Positions 25,554 to 37,610 of a stretch of 37,610 nt of DNA are shown one piece after another. The notes below the pieces were generated by a model. It did not search any database, was not told where the DNA came from, and saw nothing but the letters and a program-made list of their open reading frames with translations. Every line of letters begins with the position of its first letter. Positions within the stretch are counted from its first letter, which is position 1. Origin of the DNA: Octopus sinensis. Lineage: Eukaryota. The stretch covers positions 1 to 37,610 of the forward strand of contig NW_021828043.1 in the NCBI RefSeq assembly GCF_006345805.1, in the 5' to 3' direction. The position numbers and the translations under genes are program-made.

Positions 25554-25861
25554 AGAGAGAGAGAGATGGGAAAGAGAGAGAGAGATTGTTTCACTTACCA
25601 CTTTTTGATTATTTATATCTCATATGGAGACACGTTACTATTTACTGAAACACACTAACAACACAGATAAGTGTAAATTTGATTTTCATCATTTTGTCTT
25701 AAAAGTTCGCCCTAATATATTTTATCTCACTTTTCTTTATCTATCTTACACATATTTAAGTAATATGTATGATATATAAGCGTATGTATGGGTGTCAATA
25801 CATATATGCATACATTATATATGTGTGTGTGTATGTATATATATATATATCGATTTATCTA

Positions 25862-25898
<37 letters not shown>

Positions 25899-26156
25899 AC
25901 AGACACATACACACACACACACATATAAATATATACACATGCAGACATATGTATTTATAGATATTATAAATACATATGTACTGTAAAAATGTATTATAAG
26001 TGTGTATATCATTGTTATTGCTTTAAAATCCACTTTTTGATGCTCGAATGGTTTGCACAAAATTTTGCTCAGGTGGGTGTTCTGCAGCTGGATGCCCATC
26101 CTCTTGTCAACCTTCACTTGTTTCGAAGTAAGGTAATGTATATATTACATATATAT

Positions 26157-26487
26157 ATATTTTTTACATACAAAATTTAAAGGACTGACCACTAAAAGTG
26201 GACAGTCAATATGCTAGATACAGACGTCAAAATCGCTATTTTCCATGAAGAATGTGTTCTCAAGAAAAAACTCAGCAAAAAACCAAAGTGTAAAAATAAG
26301 CAAGACAAATGAAAATATACGAAATAAAAGATTACCTATGTACTAATCAGTTTCACTTGTTAATATTCATGTATATGTACACGCGAGCATCTGCAAGATC
26401 ATCAGCATAGATTTTGACGTCTATATCTAGCATATTGACTATCAACTTTTAGTGGTCAGTCCTTTAAATTTTGTATGTAAAAAATAT
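26157..26487. mobile_element. MITE-like element with ~78-bp terminal inverted repeats
   Basis: 26157-26234 (atattttttacatacaaaatttaaaggactgaccactaaaagtggacagtcaatatgctagatacagacgtcaaaatc) pairs with 26410-26487, 3 mismatches. Confidence 0.8.
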
Positions 26488-26629
26488 TTTAATCTTCGGA
26501 TTTTTTAATATGCTAGGTCACTGGTTTTAATTGATTAACATCAATTTCTACCCTTATTCAATATTACATATGTATATTTAAGGGTCAATGTTGTTTGTCT
26601 CCACATAACTATGTCTTTACTGATTGTTG

Positions 26630-26770
26630 TTCGACAGGTTGGGGAGATTTATTGCCTTGTTTGGAAACAGGTGATGGTTGGCAGCAGGAAATGCATCCAG
26701 CTGTAAAAACTCTGCTCCAACTAATTCCTGACTGTTTCATGCTAGCATGGAAAAGGAAATATTGAAACAG
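26630..26770 (+). mobile_element. diverged RTE-type 3' tail repeat
   Basis: gatggttggcagcaggaaatgcatccagctgtaaaaac ... catgctagcatggaaaag; a related fragment lies on the minus strand at ~26075-26135. Confidence 0.65.
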
Positions 26771-26911
26771 TGAAGAGGAAGAGGATATATGCACACTCAC
26801 ATGCATGCATACATGCATATAGCACACACAAGTGTGTGTGTATAAAAAACTTAAATATATTTACATAGGTTTTTGTTTTTACAACCATCTCTAAAACATA
26901 TATATATATGT

Positions 26912-27084
26912 GCAGGAGTGGCTGTGTGGTAAGTAGCTTGTTTACCAACCACATGGTTCCTGGTTCAGTCCCACTGCGTGGCACTTGGCCAAGTGTCTTC
27001 TACTAAAGCCTCGGGCCGACCAAAGCCTTGTGAGTGGATTTGGTAGACGGAAATTGAAAGAAGCCTGTCGTATATATGTATATA

Positions 27085-27129
<45 letters not shown>

Positions 27130-27356
27130 CGTTAGTGTGTGTTGTGTGTCTGTGTTTGTCCCCCTAGCATTGCTTGACAACCGATGCTGGTGTGTTTATG
27201 TCCCCATTACTTAGCGGATCGGCTAAAGAGACCGATAGAATAAGTACTGGGCTTACAAAAAGAATAAGTCCCGGGGTCGAGTTGCTCGACTAAAGGCGGT
27301 GCTCCAGCATGGCCGCAGTCAAAATGACTGAAACAAGTAAAAAAGAGTAAAGAGTA
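26912..27356 (+). mobile_element. SINE family 1, full length
   Basis: GCAGGAGTGGCTGTGTGGTAAGTAGC...GGTTCAGTCCC...internal (TA)n...CAGTCAAAATGACTGAAACAAGTAAAAAAGAGTAAAGAGTA. Confidence 0.93.
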
Positions 27357-27839
27357 TATATGTATATATAATATTGTTGTACTTAACATCATTAACAAAT
27401 ATTAATGCTTATGCTATATAAATTTGATTGCTATGATAGCTCACACTTTACTGTTATCTGAAGCTAGGTATGTGATAAACATCATTTCAGGTATGTGGAA
27501 AGTGATATTAAATGCATTGACAGGTGAAACCTTGTAGCACCTTTTCGTCTGTGTGTCTTCAATATGTAACTGTAGAACATCAAAACTCAGCGTAGATTAT
27601 CATCAGTGTCTTGCTAATCTTTGTTTTGTATGTTACTGTAGATCTATATACATACACTTGTATATATATATATACTGCAGATGTATATAAACATAGAGTA
27701 TATGTTTCTTTCACACACGCATGTACAAACTTGCGAACGTTTATATTCAGACATGCATTCTTCCTAAATGCTTCTTTGTAAATGTGTATAAGTACAAAAT
27801 AATTTGTTTATATAATATAATTAGATATGTATACACTGC

Positions 27840-27873
<34 letters not shown>

Positions 27874-28549
27874 ATACAGGCACACGCACACATAATACAT
27901 GCATACGTATTTATACATTGTATACGTATATACATATATTTACATATCTACATAATCAACATATAAGTTATGTTTATGTGTGTGTGCATGTGTGAGAGTG
28001 CTTTGAGTGTGTTAGTGTAGGTATGAGAATATCTGTATGTGTGAATATATATATAGACACCTTTGACCAGTTTACTCAATACACAAACATGTACACATGC
28101 AAACACACATGCTCACACACACACACACACACATACACGTACACATACTCACACACACATATTCACACACACATTCTCACACATACTCACACACATACAC
28201 ACACACAAACATACACACACATCCTACCAATACTGTCAGTTTTAATCAAGAAGTAAAATTTCAACAGAATGCGACCTCACAATTTATGTTTCAAATCTCA
28301 TGAGATGTGAACTTTTAGTTAATGTTTCAAAAATTTCCAGAAAACATATTCAAGCCAATGAGCAAATATACTGATTAATTATACAAACATTTATTTTGAT
28401 TTCCATACATCAATTAGAAAGCAGCAAATGAAATGGCGTTCATTAGAAAAATCTCAAAATGACTTGGTGAAAAAATATTATTTTAATTTCTTGAAATCTG
28501 CACAGTTCTTTAAATGTTATGAAACCTAACATTCCAGACACACAGCAGA

Positions 28550-28623
28550 TATATTATATATATATATATTATATATAATATATATATAGATATATATATA
28601 CATACTATATATATATATATATG

Positions 28624-28655
<32 letters not shown>

Positions 28656-28769
28656 CATATCTATATATATATACATATATATATATAATATATATTATAT
28701 AATACATATATATACATATAATAATATATATATACATAGATATATATATATATATACATATATATATAC

Positions 28770-28802
<33 letters not shown>

Positions 28803-29041
28803 CAATATATATATATATACATATATATATCCAATATATATCTATATCTATATATATATATATACATATATATCTACATTATATATATATACAGACATAT
28901 ATATATCTTACATATATATATCTATATTACATATATATCTATGATAATATACATATATATATATCTATACATATATTATATATATACTATCTCTATATAC
29001 ATATATATATATATATACATATAATATATATCGATATACAT

Positions 29042-29080
<39 letters not shown>

Positions 29081-29109
29081 CCATATATATATATCTATAT
29101 ATATACATC

Positions 29110-29145
<36 letters not shown>

Positions 29146-29268
29146 CATATAATATTATATATATACATATATATATATCTACATATATATATATATACAT
29201 ATCTATATATATATATATATATGTATATATATAGATATATGTATATATCATATATATATACACACACC

Positions 29269-29312
<44 letters not shown>

Positions 29313-29315
29313 TAT
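28550..29315. repeat. degenerate (TA)n/(TATACA)n microsatellite
   Basis: Direct reading. Confidence 0.96.
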
Positions 29316-29680
29316 GATTCAGTTGAATATGGTACTTAAGTTAAGGCACCAAATTTAGTATGGTATTATCCATATAATTCAAAATGGGGTGATTACAATC
29401 AAAATATGCTTCATGGATATCCAGAGGTAATGCAATACGATCGTTTCATGCGACTCTATTTAATTGAACAATGCAAATATTACATCAGTTTTAAAAAATA
29501 TATATATACATCTATGGATGTATATTTGTGTGCATGGGTTTACTAATGCATATTTACATGCATACATGCACATATATGCATTCATGTATCTATACTTGAA
29601 TGTATGTACATAATTATGTCAGAGTGTATAAATGCATACACACACACAACACACATATATACATATATATATCATGATAG

Positions 29681-29869
29681 ATCGTTAGGTACTACACACA
29701 TTTTTTTTCTCTCCTCGTTTCTCTCCTTGTTTTTTTCTGTGTATCTTTCTGTAGAAGAGCGTAGGCTCGAAAAGTAAAAGAGTTTTTCTATTCCTGAGCG
29801 TTATACTAATACATTTGTTTGTTTGTACACCACCTGCCTTCGTCTTTTGTTTATTTTCGTAAAATTTCC

Positions 29870-29873
<4 letters not shown>
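29681..29873 (+). mobile_element. Penelope-like short repeat, family B, with hammerhead motif (C15.2 mutated)
   Basis: 29744-29781 reads UCUUU CUGUAGA A GAGC GUAG GCUC GAAAA GUA AAAGA; inverted homolog of 4577-4764; followed by (TA)n. Confidence 0.75.
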
Positions 29874-29908
<35 letters not shown>

Positions 29909-30309
29909 ACAGATGATTGGTCGGTCAGAACCACAAATGCATGCAACATTGTATATGTGTGTATGTAATGGTTAAAAACCTATGAAAATGCAAATAATAA
30001 ATAGCAAAAAATTAGTGCTCAGACATGATCAAATATCTAAATCCAGAGTCAAACAATGAGAGAGGAAATCCAAACAAGCAAAAGAAGGCTCCAGGCAACA
30101 ACTGTTTGTCCATCTTTAGTCTTTTATAAACTTAGGTTTCAGCCAGAGTTGGCCCAAGCCATGATTTAACGATACCAAATGGAAACGAAATTTCAGTCCT
30201 GCTTCATATTGCAGTCATAGGTTGGGCACTTATAACCCATTTAAGTAAAGAGTTATTGTTTGCTGAGATATATCTGGACATAGGTGGTTTCTCACACACA
30301 CATATGAAC

Positions 30310-30326
30310 ATATATATATGCATTAT

Positions 30327-30370
<44 letters not shown>

Positions 30371-30377
30371 ATATATG

Positions 30378-30408
<31 letters not shown>

Positions 30409-30427
30409 TATGTATATATATATATCT

Positions 30428-30470
<43 letters not shown>

Positions 30471-30489
30471 TATAATGTATATTATATAT

Positions 30490-30550
<61 letters not shown>

Positions 30551-30913
30551 TTATAAATATATATATATATACACACACATATATATATACATATACCTAC
30601 ATATATATATATGTGTGTGTGTGTGTATATATATACTGTAATATATGTATGTATATATATGTATATATATATATGTGTGTGTGTGTATGTATATATATGT
30701 ATCATCATCATCGTTTAACGTCCGCTTTCCATGCTAGCATGGGTTGGACGATTTTGACTGAGGGCTGGCGAACCAGATGGCTGCACCAGGCTCCAATCTT
30801 GATTTGGCAAATGTATATATATATATGTATATGTATATAAATATGTATACATGTATATGTATATAAATATGTATACATATATATGTATATAAATATGTAT
30901 ACATATATATATG

Positions 30914-30964
<51 letters not shown>

Positions 30965-31085
30965 GTATGTATACATATCTATATGTGTATATATATGTAT
31001 AATAGCATAAATAATATATAAACATATGCATATATACATACATATATGTACATACCTACATCTATATGTATATATACATGCGTAT
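30310..31085. repeat. (TA)n/(TG)n microsatellite field with an embedded RTE tail fragment
   Basis: Direct reading; RTE-type tail on the minus strand at 30701-30810; 26-bp unit x3 at ~30826-30905. Confidence 0.9.
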
Positions 31086-31284
31086 ATGGGTAAAGGACAC
31101 CAAAAAGACATCTAAGACAATGAGAAACGAAAACATAAAAACAAAAACATGAAACGAACTTTTTTCAAACAAGGAAAAAACAGAGTACAAGACATACAAC
31201 ACAAGGAATATTCCCCTTCTTCAGTTGTCCCTGTTTCGTCTACTCTATGTTTCGATGGTAATATATATAATATACATACATATA

Positions 31285-31330
<46 letters not shown>

Positions 31331-33266
31331 TGTATATATATATACATATATACACTACCTATATATATTTAATAATGATTTTTTATATTAATGTTTGTAT
31401 TTATATTTAGTTATATAAACAATTTTACATTAATCTGATAGGTTACTCTATACTTTATATAACTATTGTATATAGCTACACACATGCACAAACACACACA
31501 CACACACATACACATATATAGAGAGAGATACATTATATATATATATATACAATTCTATATATCAATCTAGTTATCTCTGTCTCTCTCTCCCAATCCTTCT
31601 CTTACTCTCTCTCTCTCCCTCTCTCTATATATAGATAGACAGATAGACAGATAAATTGATAGAAATAGAGAGAGAATGATGTAAACATATACATGTATCT
31701 ACATAAGTTCCTTTTCATTAAGATTTATCTATTGATGTGTGTATACATACACAGACATACACACAGACACACACATAGACACACATGTGTACACACATAT
31801 ATGGTATGTCATGAAACGTAAATATTTTTAGATTAGGTAAATGAAACCGAATTGTTTGTGACACTCTGATTATATGTGTGGTGTGTGCGAATATTCTTAT
31901 GTATGTATACACATGGCCCAATGTGTGTGTGTGTGTGTGAAACTGTGTGTATGTGTGTAAAACTCTGTGTGTGTGTGTGTTTGAAAATTTGTGTGTGTGT
32001 GTGTGTGTGAAACTGTGTGTATGGTTGTCAATTTGTAAAGTATAGGTATTTGTTTCCTGTAGTCGAACACGACTTTATTTCTTGGATACCGTTCTCGTGT
32101 TAAGTTCAACTCCCTTCTGACACCATTGGAAATATAAGGTTTCTCCTGTTGTCTAACGTAATCCAGGGTTTTCTCAGTACACTTAACAAGTGGCTGTGTG
32201 CGGGGTAAAGTGGGGGGGTGGGCATTGAGAACACATATGAGACATCTTCATCTAATATGTCACACACTCCTCAAACATAAAGTTGTATAGACACTCCCGT
32301 ACAAACACATATATCTACACACAGACATACACATGTCTATTTTCTACTCACATATATACTTGGGGAAGACAAGGTAATCTGAGCCAGCTTCATGCAAACA
32401 GACAAATACATATATGAATATACACTTTCACATGTATACATTTCTATCTCTTATACGCATACACAGGTATGAAAATACACACACACACATGCATGCACAC
32501 ACACACACACACACATATACATACTGAATGAGGTGATGTGGAGCCTTTTAGTGGTCACACGTACTGCTGGAGATAGCAGCCACATCTCTCTCAAATTACA
32601 CTGCGGTGTTGAAAAAAATCACTGAAACTAATTTGATAATGTAATTTTAGTTCTATAATGTATAAATGCGTGAGAAAAGGATGGGCTAACCAGTGCAAAC
32701 TGACCGGAGGATTGGTCACTCGAGACATTGGACATATACATGCATATACTTAATAATATGCTTCTACATACAAATGCAAGTATGTGTGTAGGTGGGTATA
32801 GGAATGAGAGCTGCCAATTCAAGGCAGGCCTCAGCTAAATAATAACAACATATTCATACAAGGACACAAGCGACACCCACTCTAGCTCCACCCCCCTACC
32901 CTAGCTCCACCCCACCCTGCTCATTTGCCGAAAAATCAAGAAATAATGTTTCTGTTTATTAAGGTATCCCAAAACATGGATGGTGGGTGGGGGACCTTAC
33001 AGAGAGAAATTCGAAAAGGTGGTGGTGGTGGTGGTTACACAGAATCAATAATCTTTTACTTTCTATATTTCACTTGTTTTAATCATTGGGGCAGTGGCCA
33101 TGCTGGGGCACTACCTTGCAAGATTTTAGTTGACTCCAGTATGAACTTTTTAAAGTTTGGTACTTATTCCATTGGTCTCTTTTGCCAAGCCACTAAGTTA
33201 TGGGATGTAAACTAACAAACACTTGTTGCGAAGTGGTGGTGGTGGTGATGATGATGGTAGGACACA

Positions 33267-33478
33267 ACTCTTTTTTACTCTTTTACTTGTTTCAGTCATT
33301 TGACTGCAGCCATGCTGGAGCACTGCCTTTAATCGAGCAACTCGACCCCAGGACTTATTCTTTGTAAGCCTAGTACTTATTCTATCGGTCTCTTTTGCCG
33401 AACCGCTAAGTGACGGGGACATAAACATACCAGCATCGGTTGTCAAGCAATGCTAGGGATACAAACACAGACACACAA

Positions 33479-33539
<61 letters not shown>

Positions 33540-33707
33540 CATATATACAACGGGCTTCTTTCAGTTTCCGTCTACCAAATCCACTAACAAGGCTTTGGTC
33601 GGCCCGAGGCTATAGTAGAAGACACTTGCCCAAGGTGCTACACAGTGGGACTGAACCTGGAACCATGTGGTTGGTAAACAAGCTACTTACCACACAGCCA
33701 CTCCTGC
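33267..33707 (-). mobile_element. SINE family 1, full length
   Basis: Family 1 consensus; flanked by older family 1 fragments at ~33050-33240 and ~33820-33955 in the same orientation. Confidence 0.93.
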
Positions 33708-33740
33708 CCTACAAATGTAACAAAAAGTACTCACATAAAT

Positions 33741-33810
<70 letters not shown>

Positions 33811-34162
33811 TATAATAAATATACAGGATTGGCTTCCACAAAGTTCTGTCTACCAAATTCACTCACAAGGAGTTGGTCACCTCAGGCCTGTAGTAAAAAG
33901 ACACTTGCCCAAGGTGCCATGCACTGGGACTGAACTTGAAACACATTGTTACAAGCTTCCCTGGGGAATGGGTGTGTTGGTGAGTAAATTGATTCCAATT
34001 GAATATTATTTTCTGAAAGCTGAGATGATGAAGGGGAAGGTTTAACTCAAGCAGAACTGAACATTAAAACTCTAACTAAAGATCAAGAGGCTTTCTTTTT
34101 CGTTTCCTTGATGGGGGGAAGGGGGGGTTCAACTTCATCTGCCACTAATTGTCATTTTTTAA

Positions 34163-34383
34163 CCCTTTAGCATATAAACCAGCCATATCTGGCCAAAAGT
34201 ATTCTACCTGTTTTATGTTCAAACTGGCCAGATCTGGTCTCTCACACCAACCCTACAATATCATCTTAAAAATTAACAGCTACCTCATCAAAATCTCATA
34301 GCTACAAGGTAATGCATGATTAGTTCAAAACAATGTGGATAAAAAAGGATTAATTTTGGCAGAATAATGCGAACACTAAAGGG
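34163..34383. mobile_element. non-autonomous piggyBac-like MITE with TTAA target duplication
   Basis: TTAA|CCCTTTAG ... CTAAAGGG|TTAA. TTAA TSD plus CCC..GGG termini is the piggyBac signature; internal near-palindromes gccatatctggc and ggccagatctggtc. Confidence 0.75.
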
Positions 34384-34892
34384 TTAAAGAATAATCATGA
34401 TTTCTGTACAACTCAAAAAAGCCAGTACTTTTAAAATGTACAGTGGCCCAGACTGATCCAAATTCCTGGATCAATAAGTTATTACTTAATTTAATTGACC
34501 CTGGAGGAATTGAAAATAAAGTTGACTTCAAAATGGTGGGGTTACTAAATTATGAAATGAAGATTTAAAGGCAAAGCCGATTCTCATAGAATTTGAACTC
34601 AGAACAAAGGGTCATGGCATTTGACACTCAGTATCCAACTATTACTGCCTCTCTTCCACCTAATAACAACAACAACAACAACAACAACAATAATACAAGG
34701 CCTGAAATTTTGGGAGAAGAGTCAGTGTGCAACTAGTACTTATTATTAACTTCAAAAGAAGGCTGAGTTGATCTCAGCAGAATTTGAACTCAGAATGTAA
34801 GCACAATTGAAATGCCACTTAGCATTTTTGTCTTGCATGCTAACAATTCTGCCAATGTGCTAATGATTTCTATTGAATATACTAATGATTAT

Positions 34893-35083
34893 GCCAAAGA
34901 GATGACGAGATTGTAAAAGACTAAGACAACAGCTATTCTTGTGGTAATTGATGCATCTGTTGCAACCCACCAACTGCTACCTAAGAAGCTGAGAATAGTG
35001 GAACCGAAACTGGTATTGTAGACCTGCAGAAAAATGCCATCCAGTATTCTGCAAGAATTCTGAGAAAGAGTCTTGAGATTTAA
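34893..35083 (+). mobile_element. decayed R4/Dong-type (restriction-like endonuclease) non-LTR retrotransposon C-terminus
   Basis: AKEMTRL*KTKTTAILVVIDA..., then after a frameshift IVDLQKNAIQYSARILRKSLEI*. This matches the E..RLW..K....PVVIGALG / LQK.....ARILRK.L end of REL-clade ORFs. Confidence 0.6.
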
Positions 35084-35249
35084 GAAGTTGATAAAGGTTT
35101 AATCAAAGGGAGAATTGTTTGTCCTCTCTCGTTTCGATCTTGTCCATCACATAACTTCTTTCTCCATAGCTAGTGGATTGAGAAAAACTCTCTATTCTTC
35201 TCAGCCATGAGAATCAGCTCTTCCTGATATCCAAATCTACAAGCAACAA

Positions 35250-35492
35250 CATCATCATCATCGTTTAACGTCCGTTTTCCATGCTAGCTTGGGTTAAACG
35301 GTTCGACCGGGGTCTGGGAAGCCAGGAGGCTGCACCAGGCTCCAGTCTGATCCGGCAGTGTTTCTACAGCTGGATGCTCTTCCTAACGCCAACCACTCCG
35401 TGAGTGTAGTGGGTGCTTTTCACATGCCACCGGCACAGGTGCCAGGGGAGGCTGGCAACAGCCACGATCGGTTGGTGCTTTTTACGTGCCAA
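35250..35492 (-). mobile_element. RTE-type 3' tail repeat
   Basis: (CAT)n cgtttaacgtccgttttccatgctagc ... gctcttcctaacgccaaccactcc. Confidence 0.85.
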
Positions 35493-35934
35493 CTTTGGCA
35501 CATGATACAAATCTGGGCAAAAAACTTCTTTGTGCTTGACTGGTACAAATTTTATTGATCAAGATAAAAGACATAAGTTTGAGGGTAAAAGGGTGGAATA
35601 GTCAGTTTAATTGATCTTAGGACATATTTTATTGATGTTGGAAGAATGAAAGACACAAGTTTGGGTGTAGAGATGATATAATCAATCTATACGATCCCAG
35701 TTTGACTGATACATATTTTATTGATTTTTGTGGATGAAAGACACAAGTTTGGGGGATAGTGGTGGTGTAATCAATTTAATTGATCTTGGGTGTTTGAGTG
35801 GGACTTATTTTATTGATCCTGGAAGAATAAAAGGTATAATTAGCTATGACAGTATTTCACCTCACAATATAAAGGGATGAACATGGAATTCAAGGGAACT
35901 AGTGGCGGTGGTCTGCATTAGGAAATATTATATG

Positions 35935-36327
35935 TGACTGAGACCATGACAATATGCTGTGCTTGAGGAAACAGCTGTGTGAAGAAGTATTGATCTCTAA
36001 CTGTGGTAGAGGTAGATCCAGGAAGACATGGGATGAGGTGGTGAAGCATAATCTTCGAACTTTGGGCCTCACTGAGGCAATGAAGAATGACCAACACCTT
36101 TGGCATTATGCTGTGCTTGAGAAGAAGACCCATCAAGCCAAGTAAAATCACAGTTGTGGCGGATTCCAGTGTCATGCAAATAGCACCCATTACACTCTTG
36201 AAGTGTTTGGCATTCAGAAGGGCATCTGGCTATAGCAACCAAATCAGACTGGAGTCTGGTGCAGCCCTGGTCAAACCATCCAGCCCATGCCAGCATGAGC
36301 AATAGACATTAAATTATGACGATGAAG
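35935..36327 (+). mobile_element. RTE-clade LINE 3' end (ORF C-terminus and 3' UTR)
   Basis: ORF 35954-36145 has CGRGRSRKTWDEVVKHNLRTLGLTEAMKNDQHLWHYAV, the GRP.KTW...V..DL..L.L...DR..W RTE C-terminal motif; the AGAAGGGCATC 3' UTR and a GAT-rich tail follow. Confidence 0.9.
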
Positions 36328-36526
36328 AAACTATTGGCCTCATGACCTCTGAATGCCTGGATCTAGCAAAGACCAAATACATTCACATGCATAACAAGAC
36401 AGTGGGGAACTGGAATAGAAGCAGGAATTATAAAGTTGAGATTACTGAACTGAAATATGGACACAAACAACACAAATAATTGCTTCAAATTCTAGTACAA
36501 GTATAGCAACTGAGGAAGAGACAGTG

Positions 36527-36868
36527 GATGACAACAACCCCTGTACTTCACTGGTACTTCATTTTATTGACCTTGAAAGTTCGAAAGGCAAAGTCTACTT
36601 CAATGGCATTTGAACTCAGAACGTAAAGAACTGGCAGAAATGCTGCCAGACATTTTTGCCAGTGAGCTAACAATTCAGCCAGTTTGCTACTTTGCTAATA
36701 ACAATAATAGTAATTATTTCTAATTGAAATAAAATTTGCTAGCAATTTGAGGGGAGGGAGAGTTAGTCGATACCATCGCCTTCAGTTCCTGGCTGGTACT
36801 TTTATTTAATCAACTCTGATAAGATGAAAGGTAAAGCTGACCTCAGCAGGATTTGATCTCAGAATATA
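36527..36868 (-). mobile_element. two diverged SINE family 2 copies (~36527-36688 and ~36750-36868)
   Basis: Both contain ctggtactt..ttt(a)att.a....aaag.t.gaaagg.aaagt..ac.tc..c.g.atttga.ctcagaa. Similar fragments lie at ~20950-21078, ~23100-23175, ~34440-34560 and ~34700-34860. Confidence 0.75.
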
Positions 36869-37610
36869 AACAACAGCAATAATCAACATTACACCCCATC
36901 CTGCCGTAAACCTGGGGAATTACTCCTTGAATTTAAAAAGAAAAAATTTAAATATCATTGTGAAGTTTTACCTGGGTGTGTTACTGTAAAATAATTTAAA
37001 AAATTAAAAGATAAAAAATAAAATAAAATTAAAATAATATAAAAAGCAATTGCTAAAAGTGTGTGTTATGTGACAAGGAGCAGGGGTTTTACCCTGAAGA
37101 ATAGAGGGGGAAGAGAGGGAATATAGTAAAAATGCAGATGAGAGGACAAAAGATGGCAAAGAGAGCAAAAATAGAGACTATGCACTCTTTCTTTCCTTCC
37201 CTTCCACTATGAGAGATGGGGGGGGGGGGTCAGAATTCCACCCCACAATTCACCCTGTTTGTGTGTGTGTGTTAAATTATGTATGAGGACTTTATTGTTA
37301 TTATTTTGTTGTCAAAGGGGTCTGCTTGTAAAATCTCTTTTGTAAGGCAATGTGTTCAAAAATTCAAAGTTTATCAATGAGAAGAGAAGGTTCAGGCGGG
37401 CGGTGGTGGCAGTGACGGGTGGTGAAGGTGCTGGTGGGAAGAACTGCAGGATTTGTAAGACAGTTGAATGAGGTTAATTATCTTGATCCTAATGTGTCCA
37501 CTACTGTTGTCTGTGCCATCGAAACCCCACCACCACCACCACCACCACCATCACTACAATCGCCTCTACCACTTCACCCTCCAGCTTCCTTTCACAACTC
37601 CCATCGCTTC

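Noticed and set aside
26912-26985. tRNA gene
   Set aside because: A- and B-box-like motifs are present, but it is the head of a SINE that continues into the SINE body; no full cloverleaf.
31085-31260. Repeat with GAAAC and CUGAAGA on the minus strand as a possible hammerhead
   Set aside because: The elements are in the wrong order and spacing, with no UH cleavage site; the hairpin after CUGAAGA is not followed by GAAA.
32020-32193. ~58-codon stop-free minus-strand frame after a CAG acceptor; similar candidates at ~4352-4414(+), ~29367-29426(+) and ~30137-30285(+)
   Set aside because: Open frames of this length with plausible AG/GT sites are expected by chance in 37 kb. There is no recognisable homology and they do not join into a coherent gene.
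679-33800. Dozens of ORFs rich in [12 protein letters not shown] and MYVC
   Set aside because: They are translations of (TA)n, (TG)n, (CA)n and (ATGT)n microsatellites, which lack stop codons in some frames; not proteins.
37400-37610. Plus-strand open frame with a poly-Pro stretch running off the window end
   Set aside because: No ATG or good acceptor, and the poly-Pro comes from a (CCA)n repeat; it cannot be judged without downstream sequence.

Overview
AT-rich eukaryotic DNA, almost certainly cephalopod and most likely Octopus, judged from the SINE families I recognise. It is intronic or intergenic and saturated with (TA)n/(TG)n/(ATGT)n/(CAT)n microsatellites. I cannot support any intact host protein-coding gene; nearly all ORFs in the track are microsatellite translations. 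The window holds two tRNA-derived SINE families (about 25 copies or fragments), 3' fragments of RTE, CR1-type and R4/Dong-type (REL) LINEs, and three MITE-like inverted-repeat elements. It also holds four ~200-bp Penelope-like units, each with a minimal type I hammerhead ribozyme motif. The best findings are those hammerheads (compensatory changes between two families, a non-canonical CUGUAGA core in one) and a 3' stem-loop shared, with covariation, between the main SINE and a CR1-type LINE. Coordinates were counted by hand and may be off by a few bases.
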